Source: Candidatus Nealsonbacteria bacterium (lineage in GTDB: Bacteria > Patescibacteriota > Minisyncoccia > Minisyncoccales > JAUWAW01). Taken from it: 58,175 bases of DNA. Location: contig JAUWAW010000003.1 of assembly GCA_030601865.1 (NCBI GenBank), positions 1-58,175 of the forward strand, read 5' to 3'. A program made the position numbers and the translations under genes. Under the pieces are notes generated by a model. The model worked only from the letters and a program-made list of their open reading frames with translations, was not told the origin of the DNA and ran no database searches. Below are positions 26,451 through 34,023 of this stretch, one piece after another; positions within the stretch are counted from its first letter, which is position 1; every line of letters begins with the position of its first letter.

Positions 26451-27185
26451 ATGTATCGAGAATTTGCCATAGGAGAATATTATCATGTGTATAACCGCGG
26501 CAATCGCAAGGAGATAATATTCTATAACGAAAAAGATATGTGGCGTTTTTTACAAACTCTCCGTTTTTTTAATGACACGCGTTCTTCTCTTAATGTCCTC
26601 CGTCAACTGTTGACATCCGATGTCAACAGACCTGTCCATAGGACAAGTTCGGTATTTGAGTTGGGCTGGCCGCCTAAGTGGCCAGAACAAGAGCCCTTGG
26701 TCATAATTTTGTGCTATTGTTTAGTTCCCAACCATTTCCATTTGTTATTAAAAGAAATTCGGGAAGGAGGCATCTCCAAATTTATGCAAAAAATTGGTAT
26801 TGGTTTTTCAAAATATTCCAATATAAAATATGACAATGTGGGCAGCCTTTTCCAAGGACCTTATCAAGTCAAATTAATCGAAGAGCAGAGATATTTAGAA
26901 TATTTAATGGTCTATATCCAAGTCATCAATGTCTTAGAGTTATTCCCCGGAGGCCTTGAGGCAGCCCTAAAAGACCCTAAAAAAGGCATGGTTTTTGTGG
27001 ATAATTATATTTTCTCCAGCCACCCTGATTATGCTGGGTTGCGAAACTCTCTAATTGTTGGCAAAGACATTTTAGGGAAAATATTCCTCACCTCAGCCCA
27101 TTACAATCAATTCGTCCGCCAAACCCTCTTAGGTAAAAGAACCCAAGACATCACCCAATTTTTAGGTGATTTAACCTTAGAATAG
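26451..27185 (+). CDS. RAYT-like IS200-family Y1/HUH protein, RAYT2 (divergent Tyr motif)
   Basis: GEYYHVYNRG, LVPNHFHLLL (HUH), GSLFQGPY, VYIQVINV (Tyr kept, H.NP lost). It ends in LTLE like RAYT1. Confidence 0.7.
   Translation: MYREFAIGEYYHVYNRGNRKEIIFYNEKDMWRFLQTLRFFNDTRSSLNVLRQLLTSDVNRPVHRTSSVFELGWPPKWPEQEPLVIILCYCLVPNHFHLLLKEIREGGISKFMQKIGIGFSKYSNIKYDNVGSLFQGPYQVKLIEEQRYLEYLMVYIQVINVLELFPGGLEAALKDPKKGMVFVDNYIFSSHPDYAGLRNSLIVGKDILGKIFLTSAHYNQFVRQTLLGKRTQDITQFLGDLTLE
26607..26629. repeat. REP2 palindrome, internal in-frame copy in RAYT2
   Basis: ctgttgacatccgatgtcaacag encodes QLLTSDVNR. It is followed at 26633-26645 by the REP1-like mini-hairpin tgtccataggaca. Confidence 0.9.
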
Positions 27186-27219
27186 CTGTTGACATCGGAT
27201 GTCAACATCGGATGTTGAC
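27186..27219. repeat. REP2 palindrome plus overlapping second copy, immediately after the RAYT2 stop
   Basis: ctgttgacatcggatgtcaacatcggatgttgac. Confidence 0.9.
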
Positions 27220-27307
27220 CGGTTTAGGAAAAGTGTAACGCAAGGGCGGTTTCTGCGTCATAATAATATAAGGGGTATCTCATAGCCGATTATGGTGACC
27301 CGATACT

Positions 27308-28057
27308 ATGACCGAAAAAGAGGTGATTACTAAAATTCAAGAGCTAAAGCAAATTACACCCAGAGAGGACTGGGTTGTTTTGACTAAGAACCAGATTTTA
27401 ATCCAGGAAATGGGTCGTGATAAAAAACCTACGATCGTAGGTTTTTTATCACGGTTTAATTTTCGCTGGGTTTTGCTTCCGGCTTTTTCTTTTTGTCTAA
27501 TTTTAGGCATTTTTGCCCTGTCGCAAAGTTCTTTGCCCGGCGACTCGCTTTATCCCCTTAAAAAAATGACTGAAAAAAGCCGGGTCCTTTTTATTTCCCA
27601 GGAACAAAAACCAAAACTCAATCTGGAACTGGCCAATAAGCGACTGCAAGATTTGACCAAGATTGTCCAGAATAATGATGTCAAAAAGCTGGCCCCAGCC
27701 ATTAAGGAATTTCAGGCCAATATTTCTGAGGCAGTCAAAAATTTGAGCAAAATAAAGGCCACTAGCTCTGACCCGGTTATGATTAAGAAAATTGTGGAAG
27801 AGACCAAAAAATTGGAGGAAAATAAACAAAAAGTAGAGGCCTTGGGCGTGAAGGTGGGCGATACTGAAGAATTAGACAATGCCTTATCTCAGTGGAGGGC
27901 TCGCCTGGTGGAAAGCGAAATTAAAGAAATGGAAGGTAAAGAACTATCTGAAAATCAGCAGCAAATTTTGGCTGAAATAAAACAAGATTTTGAGAATGGA
28001 GATTATTCTTCTGCTTTGGAAAAGATTTTATTATTGAGTTATCCACAGGACAAATAA
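27308..28057 (+). CDS. putative anti-sigma factor (single TM, DUF5667-like extracytoplasmic helical domain)
   Basis: Short cytoplasmic N-terminus, a TM helix (WVLLPAFSFCLILGIFAL), then PGDSLYPLKK..E and a long helical K/E-rich domain. The context is downstream of the ECF sigma. Confidence 0.5.
   Translation: MTEKEVITKIQELKQITPREDWVVLTKNQILIQEMGRDKKPTIVGFLSRFNFRWVLLPAFSFCLILGIFALSQSSLPGDSLYPLKKMTEKSRVLFISQEQKPKLNLELANKRLQDLTKIVQNNDVKKLAPAIKEFQANISEAVKNLSKIKATSSDPVMIKKIVEETKKLEENKQKVEALGVKVGDTEELDNALSQWRARLVESEIKEMEGKELSENQQQILAEIKQDFENGDYSSALEKILLLSYPQDK
27416..27453. repeat. P2 palindromic element, perfect 38-bp palindrome, in-frame
   Basis: cgtgataaaaaacctacga|tcgtaggttttttatcacg, which encodes RDKKPTIVGFLSR. 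Confidence 0.95.
28037..28048 (+). promoter_or_regulatory. AGTTATCCACAG motif
   Basis: Exact 12-mer in the last codons of 27308..28057, upstream of TATAAT (28069-28074) and R1 copy 4. Confidence 0.45.
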
Positions 28058-28071
28058 GCACAATTAGGTAT

Positions 28072-28143
28072 AATAAGAACATGCCTCGCTAACGCTCGGC
28101 ATAACCTTGATTCGCTAAGGTATAAATATATATTCTTGAATTA
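28072..28143 (+). repeat. R1 element, copy 4
   Basis: aataagaacatgcctcgctaacgctcggcataaccttgattcgctaaggtataaatatatattcttgaatta, ending directly at ATG 28144 of a 29-codon uORF. Confidence 0.9.
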
Positions 28144-28241
28144 ATGGAAAGTCGCGATTCTCGTGGCCCTTACGTAAGGTCGCGAACACAAGGTCGACGC
28201 GACGAAAAAAATAATAACACAATTAAAGATTGATTAATTAC

Positions 28242-31200
28242 ATGTCTAATTTGAAAAGAAAGATTGTTGCAGTTGTTACAGTTTTGACTGTGGCCGGTTT
28301 TGTTGCTGGACCTAGTATGGCTCAAGCAACTACCATAGAAGACCTTTTAGCTCAGATTGCTGAATATCAGGCCCTATTGGATGAATTAACAGCCCAGGTA
28401 GCTGAACTCCAAGGCGAGACCGCTACTCCGGCTATTTCCGGTTGTCTCATTACTGAATTTACCCGCAATCTCCAACAGGGTATGTCTGGCGACGATGTCA
28501 ACTGCCTGCAGATTGTTTTGAACTCTGATTCAGAAACCCAGTTGGCTGCCTCTGGCGTTGGTTCTCCTGGTTCAGAAACCAGCTATTTTGGTCCTTTGAC
28601 CAAGGCAGCGGTTATTGTTTTCCAGGAACTCTACGCTGACGAGGTTTTGGCCTCTTGGGGTTTGACCTCAGGCACCGGTTTTGTTGGTTCCACCACCAGA
28701 GCCAAGTTGAATTCTCTTTTGACAGCAGCTCCAGAGGTAGTGGAATGTGAGACCGACGCTGATTGCGCCAGCGGCCAAGTTTGCGAAGACAGCGTCTGCG
28801 TGGCCGCTCCCACCGTAGAAGAAGCCGAGGGCTTTACCGTAGCTTTAGCCGTGGACACCCCGGCCTTAGGAGCTGTGGCTGTGGGAGCTTACAATGTCGT
28901 CTTTACCAAGTTAAAGTTCCTTTCTGACACTGATTGCACCATCACGGCCATTGCGGTTAAAAGAAATGGCGTTTCCGATGATAATGATGTGACCGATGTC
29001 AGACTCTTTGAAGACAGCACTCAGTTGGGCACGGCTCAGGCCTTAAATACCATTACCCATAAAGCCACCTTTTCAGGACTTTCTTGGGCTTTAACCGCCA
29101 ATATACCCCAATACCTGACCATCAAGGCCAGTATTAATTCCAGTTCTACTGAAGCTCAGGCCGGCAATACCATTAATTTTGGCATTGTGGCAGCTGGAGA
29201 TGTGGTTACCACTGAAGGCCTGACCATAGAAGGAGTGCCAGTTTACGGCAATGCCAAGACCATTGCCGGTGTTTCAGTTGGCGTATTGGATGTGGATGGA
29301 AAGTACTGGACACAGTCCTCTGATACCTCAATTACCGGCGATGTCATTTCTGGAGCCACTGATCAGAATGTGGGTACTTTCGCCTTTACTGCTTCTTCAG
29401 CTGAGGGCTTTGACGTAACCGAGGTTATTCTCACGGAAGTGGGGACTTCGGTTGGCACTGATATTTCCAATATCACCTTGAAGTATTTAGGCGAGACCAT
29501 TGCCACGGTCGCTGAATTAGATGCTGATGATGAGGCCGTGTTCCAAGGCGACCCTCTCTTTACTCTTAGAGCCGGTGTGGCCAAAGACATTGATGTTTAC
29601 GTTGACATTGGTTCGGGCGTTATTTCAGAAAGAACCGTCAAGTTTGAGGTTACTGAGGCGCCTGATATTACTGCCTTTGGTCAAAATACCGGAGGAGCCG
29701 TGGTTATTACCTGGAACAGTGGTAATACCTTTATTATCCAACGTAGCAAGGAAATGACCATTAAGCAGGGGACTTTGAGGGTGGCTTTAGACACAGCTAC
29801 CAATCCTTCTGACCAGTACTATACCATTGGCGCCACTCAGGAAGTTATCACCAGCTTTAAGTTTAGTGCCGGAAGCAGAGAAGGAGTTAAGATTACCAAA
29901 CTGAAAGTGACCGAAGGCGGCACCATTTCTGATACTGAATATCAGAGTGTTCAGCTTTATATTGACGGCGCTGAGACCTCAACCGGTCATGTGGGCAGTA
30001 TTTCCAGTGGACTCATTACTTTTACTGATTCCGATGGCTTATTCACTGTGCCCAAATCAGCTAATACAGTGGTTACTGTCAAAGCCGACATTACCACCGC
30101 TGCTGATGGCGGAGATAAGATCAAAATGTATATTTCTGCCATCACCAACATTACCATGAAGGGCGCTGAGTCCGATGCTAAAATCTACTCCGATTCTAGC
30201 CATGTTGTCCTTTCCGGTGTTGGTTCTAGCGATGTCTCCGAGCACGAGATTAAGGGCCAGGGTAATTTAACTGTTTCCGCAGCTCCGGACAACCCCGCGG
30301 GCATGAGCATTACCTTGGGAGATGACGACTTGACTGTCTTCAAATTCAGATTAACTGCTGGATATGAAGATATTTTGGTTTCTTCCATCAAAGCATGGAT
30401 CTTTAACGATAGTTCTATCAGTTTGACTGAGGATGACAAAGAAGCGACCAGCACGGGCGATATTGCCAATGTTAAGCTTTATGATGGCGCAACTTTGCTC
30501 AATGAACAAAGCAGCCCTTCAGAAGGATATGTTATTTTCAGCACCAACTTTACTGTGACCAAGGATATTCCCAAGACCCTGAGTGTGGTCTGTGATGTTC
30601 CGGTGGGCAGTACTTTGCAGTATTTGGGAATGAGCGTGGGAGATGACACCGGCGGCGCCGACGCGGATACCGACATAACCAGTTATGGCGTCAGTTCGGC
30701 CAAGAACATTACGGAGACCGGAGGCGCAGTCAGTAATGTCTTCACCTTAGCTGCTCCTGCCTTAGCCGTTACCGCTGCTGCATCCCCACCGGGCCAATAC
30801 AAAGTGACCAATACTTCAGGTGCTTGGTTAGGAAGATTACAGTTAGCTGGTACCAATGAAGCCATTAAGGTGACCCGGGTGATTATTACCGCGGCCACCA
30901 ACACTAACTTGACGACTGATGACAGTGATGCTTCAACCAACTTTTCCAATGTTTACCTCAAGGTAGGCGGCGTGGATGTTGCCGGACCCAAACCCTTTGT
31001 CAATGCCGGAGGTTCAGAAAACAAAGATATAGCCACCTTTAGCGGCATTGAGGGCTTAGAAATCCCCAAAGACCAGACCGTGTCTTTAGACATCTATGCT
31101 GATATCGTGGGCACTGATGCTGGTCCCTGGTACTTTGGCCATGCTTCCGCTACTGACATTGTTGGTTCAGGTTTATCTTCCAATACCGGAGTGAATTCTA

Positions 31201-32798
31201 GCGGCACGAGCAAGAGAAGTCAGGACACAACCATTATATCAGCCGGCACCTTGACCGTTTCGGTTGATGCTGACACGCCCATTGCCGCTAATAACGCTGT
31301 GGGCTTAGCTGGTAAGACCGGAGTTGACCTTGCCAAGATTAAGTTTGAGGCCTTGTATGAGGATATCAGGATTAAGACCCTGAAACTTACCCTCATTACT
31401 TCAGGAGGTCTTACGCCTGCAAATTCTGCCACCACCACGGCCGGCAGCTATGACTTTAATATAGTTTATCTTTACGATGGCACTGAAGAATTGGCCTCGC
31501 AGCCTATTACTGACTCCACCGTCCTCTTTACCAAGGACATTGGTCTCTTTACCGTTCCCAATGGCGGCGATAAGGTCATTACTGTTAAAGCCGACCTCTA
31601 TGGCTTGACCAGCGGAGCTTTCTCTGGTGATTCACCGGTTCTCTACATTACCCAACTTCAAGACACCACCAATATCCTGATACCCGAAGGCGCGAGCAGT
31701 AATGCTTCCACCACAGTGACTGACGGCACGCCCAATCCAGAGGACTACAGCAAGTTTGGCGCTCAGTGGATGTACAGGACCATTATCACCGTAGACAAGA
31801 ATGCTTCCAGTCCATCTGGTGCGGCCACGGCTGGTAATGGCGCTGAGGTCTTGAGATTTGATGTCACGGCCGATGCTCAAGCTGACCCGGTGGTCAATAC
31901 CGTGGCCTTAACTGTTTCTGGTTCAGCCGACCTCAGTACCGCAGCCAATGGCTATGCCTATCTCTGCGATGCGGCTAAAACCAATTGTGCAGTCAATTAT
32001 TTGGCTCGAGAGGGGTATGTCGCTGCTATTAACCAAGACTACCAGGGGGGCATAGCTGGTTTTGCTACCAGTAGTAGTTCCACTGGCTTTGACGGCATTC
32101 CAATTGGCGCTACTCTGCACATCTATTCTACTAGTACTGTTTCTAGTGGGGCGTGGTATAGCGAAACGGTTCTGGCTGCTTCCTCCACTGATGCTGGTGT
32201 GAATACGCTTATCTTCACTACCACCACTCTGACCACAGCTTTAAGCTATCATGACGATGTTTACTACCAGCCCTTACAGCCGGGCCCAGGCAAGCTTTAC
32301 TTTGGCGCTATGACTACCTTGACTTCCAGCACATGTAGTAGTGGCAAGATTATCCGTGTGACCAGCGCTGATGGCTTTGCCGTAGGTGACACCATTCGCA
32401 TCAAGGGTTACGATTCCAGTGGCAATGCCACTACCAGCGAGGGGACAATGACCATTGAAGGGATTCCTGAATTGGCTAACCAGTTGTTAGTAGATAATAT
32501 TGATGGCGCCTTTGACTACGACTACAACGTTACTGGCGGCGCTACTGATGCCAAGATAGGCCAGGCAATTGTCTATACAGTGGCTGCGGCCAACAATATT
32601 GAAGAAGCCATTAGTAAGGGAAAGACCAAGACCTTTGTTGTCAAAGGTGACACCACCGGCGCTGACGCTACAGCCAATTGGACCATCAGAACCAGTATTG
32701 CCAATGTCTCTGATTTGACCTGGGATGATAAATACCAGTTTATGATTGACGCTCGCACCCTGAACCTGCCCATAACTGGCGGCACCCTAAGATACTAA
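28242..32798 (+). CDS. giant surface (S-layer-like) protein: signal peptide, coiled coil, peptidoglycan-binding domain, Cys-knot, about 10 repeated beta-sandwich modules
   Basis: KRKIVAVVTVLTVAGFVAGPSMAQA signal, PG_binding_1-like LQ..MSGDDV..LQ..L...YFGPLTKAAV..FQ, recurring ..FTVPK....V.VKADI.. modules. ATG 28242 is preferred over the TTG at 28230. Confidence 0.75.
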   Translation: MSNLKRKIVAVVTVLTVAGFVAGPSMAQATTIEDLLAQIAEYQALLDELTAQVAELQGETATPAISGCLITEFTRNLQQGMSGDDVNCLQIVLNSDSETQLAASGVGSPGSETSYFGPLTKAAVIVFQELYADEVLASWGLTSGTGFVGSTTRAKLNSLLTAAPEVVECETDADCASGQVCEDSVCVAAPTVEEAEGFTVALAVDTPALGAVAVGAYNVVFTKLKFLSDTDCTITAIAVKRNGVSDDNDVTDVRLFEDSTQLGTAQALNTITHKATFSGLSWALTANIPQYLTIKASINSSSTEAQAGNTINFGIVAAGDVVTTEGLTIEGVPVYGNAKTIAGVSVGVLDVDGKYWTQSSDTSITGDVISGATDQNVGTFAFTASSAEGFDVTEVILTEVGTSVGTDISNITLKYLGETIATVAELDADDEAVFQGDPLFTLRAGVAKDIDVYVDIGSGVISERTVKFEVTEAPDITAFGQNTGGAVVITWNSGNTFIIQRSKEMTIKQGTLRVALDTATNPSDQYYTIGATQEVITSFKFSAGSREGVKITKLKVTEGGTISDTEYQSVQLYIDGAETSTGHVGSISSGLITFTDSDGLFTVPKSANTVVTVKADITTAADGGDKIKMYISAITNITMKGAESDAKIYSDSSHVVLSGVGSSDVSEHEIKGQGNLTVSAAPDNPAGMSITLGDDDLTVFKFRLTAGYEDILVSSIKAWIFNDSSISLTEDDKEATSTGDIANVKLYDGATLLNEQSSPSEGYVIFSTNFTVTKDIPKTLSVVCDVPVGSTLQYLGMSVGDDTGGADADTDITSYGVSSAKNITETGGAVSNVFTLAAPALAVTAAASPPGQYKVTNTSGAWLGRLQLAGTNEAIKVTRVIITAATNTNLTTDDSDASTNFSNVYLKVGGVDVAGPKPFVNAGGSENKDIATFSGIEGLEIPKDQTVSLDIYADIVGTDAGPWYFGHASATDIVGSGLSSNTGVNSSGTSKRSQDTTIISAGTLTVSVDADTPIAANNAVGLAGKTGVDLAKIKFEALYEDIRIKTLKLTLITSGGLTPANSATTTAGSYDFNIVYLYDGTEELASQPITDSTVLFTKDIGLFTVPNGGDKVITVKADLYGLTSGAFSGDSPVLYITQLQDTTNILIPEGASSNASTTVTDGTPNPEDYSKFGAQWMYRTIITVDKNASSPSGAATAGNGAEVLRFDVTADAQADPVVNTVALTVSGSADLSTAANGYAYLCDAAKTNCAVNYLAREGYVAAINQDYQGGIAGFATSSSSTGFDGIPIGATLHIYSTSTVSSGAWYSETVLAASSTDAGVNTLIFTTTTLTTALSYHDDVYYQPLQPGPGKLYFGAMTTLTSSTCSSGKIIRVTSADGFAVGDTIRIKGYDSSGNATTSEGTMTIEGIPELANQLLVDNIDGAFDYDYNVTGGATDAKIGQAIVYTVAAANNIEEAISKGKTKTFVVKGDTTGADATANWTIRTSIANVSDLTWDDKYQFMIDARTLNLPITGGTLRY

Positions 32799-32840
32799 TC
32801 TTTCTGTAACTTCTTATTCACCCGTCTTTCCTTGTGGACG

Positions 32841-32880
32841 AAAACCCCCTCACTCTATTAGAGTGAGGGGGTTTTGTTTT
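32841..32880 (+). terminator. intrinsic terminator
   Basis: aaaaccccctcactc-tatta-gagtgagggggtttt followed by gtttt. Confidence 0.8.
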
Positions 32881-32908
32881 CTTTTAATTTCTGCTACAAT
32901 AAATACAT

Positions 32909-33997
32909 ATGAAAAACCCAACCATTTTTTTAATCATCACCCTACTTTTATTTCCCCAAATTATCCTTGCCTTTACTGTTCCCCAAATTACCAATCACGG
33001 CGCGCCCCAGGCCTATTTCTATCCCCAGGAATTTGATAAATTGGTTTTGGATATAACCATTCCCAGCGGCACAGACGGCGAAGACAAACTATTAGCCATT
33101 ACTTTTCAGAACCAGGGCACAGCCCACAATTTAACAGAGATTTCAAAAATTATTTTGTGGCAGGACTCTGGAGAGCAGGGTTTTCAAGGTATGGGTATTG
33201 ATGAAAAAATAGGGACATGCACCTTTTTTAGCAATGAAAAGGGTTGGTATTTAGATGATTTAGAGGTTGTTATCCCAGAACAGGGGCAGAGATTTTTTGT
33301 TAGTTTGGAAATTTATCGTACCCCCACCCGCTATAAAACCTTGCAGATGAAAATCCCTGTTTTGCAGGACCTAAACCAGAATGGGCAATTTGAGCCAGAA
33401 GATGCCGGCATCTTTTTGGCCTCTCAAAACAATGGCCCCCAAGATAATTATTTGCTCAATCCTTATGTCCAGACCATCCGTACTTTTGTTATTGATGACC
33501 TCCCACCCAAAGTAGTTATCACGGACCCCTTGAATAATACCACCCTTTCTACCACCACTTATAAGATTTTGGGCGTAGGCCGCGACCAGGGTGGCTCCAC
33601 CCCCCAATGGGTAAAAATAGGCATAGACGATACTTGGTATGATGTCTTTCCAACCAGTGATAATTATGCTACCTGGGAATATGTTTGGCAGGATATTCAG
33701 GAGGGAACTTATACTTTAAAGACCCAGGCCAGAGATTGGATTGGTAATACAGGAATTTCAGAAGAAATAACAATTACTGTTGAGTTTCCCAAAGAAGAAC
33801 CCGAACCCGAACCTGAACCTGAACCTGAACCTGTTGAGGAGCCAGAAGCAGAAGCAGAAGCAGAAGCAGAAGCAGAGGTAACAGAAGAAGAACTCCAAGC
33901 CAAGATTGAAGAACTTAAAGAGAAAATCCGGGAACTCCTGGCGCAGATTATTCAAATCATCCAAGCCCAAATCGCTGGACTTCGCGCACAACTATAA
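32909..33997 (+). CDS. secreted Ig-like-domain protein with (EP)n/(EA)n linker and C-terminal coiled coil
   Basis: Signal peptide, Ig-like segment (PPKVVITDP..TY.L.T.A.D..GN), EPEPEPEPEPEP..EAEAEAEAEA, then a heptad-like tail. Confidence 0.6.
   Translation: MKNPTIFLIITLLLFPQIILAFTVPQITNHGAPQAYFYPQEFDKLVLDITIPSGTDGEDKLLAITFQNQGTAHNLTEISKIILWQDSGEQGFQGMGIDEKIGTCTFFSNEKGWYLDDLEVVIPEQGQRFFVSLEIYRTPTRYKTLQMKIPVLQDLNQNGQFEPEDAGIFLASQNNGPQDNYLLNPYVQTIRTFVIDDLPPKVVITDPLNNTTLSTTTYKILGVGRDQGGSTPQWVKIGIDDTWYDVFPTSDNYATWEYVWQDIQEGTYTLKTQARDWIGNTGISEEITITVEFPKEEPEPEPEPEPEPVEEPEAEAEAEAEAEVTEEELQAKIEELKEKIRELLAQIIQIIQAQIAGLRAQL
33797..33874 (+). repeat. hexanucleotide tandem repeats (GAACCN)x6 and (GAAGCA)x5 inside a CDS
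   Basis: Read directly at 33797-33832 and 33845-33874. Confidence 0.95.
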
Positions 33998-34023
33998 CCC
34001 TTATCACCCTTATCAACCCTTAT
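33997..34023 (+). repeat. three phased ACCCTTAT repeats overlapping the start of 34022..35800
   Basis: Copies at 33997, 34006 and 34016. The last one contains ATG 34022. Confidence 0.85.

Larger units (their letters stand above)
26392..27219 (+). mobile_element. RAYT2 cassette (RAYT-like gene flanked by and containing REP2)
   Basis: REP2 at 26392-26414, 26607-26629 (internal, inverted centre) and 27186-27219. It lies between the sigma factor gene and the putative anti-sigma gene. Confidence 0.65.

Noticed and set aside
28631-32785. About a dozen minus-strand ORFs of 60-95 aa inside the giant surface-protein gene
   Set aside because: They are antisense frames of a long GC-richer repetitive CDS and are Ala/Ser/Thr/Val-rich without starts or RBS logic. 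The plus-strand frame is continuous for 1519 codons.
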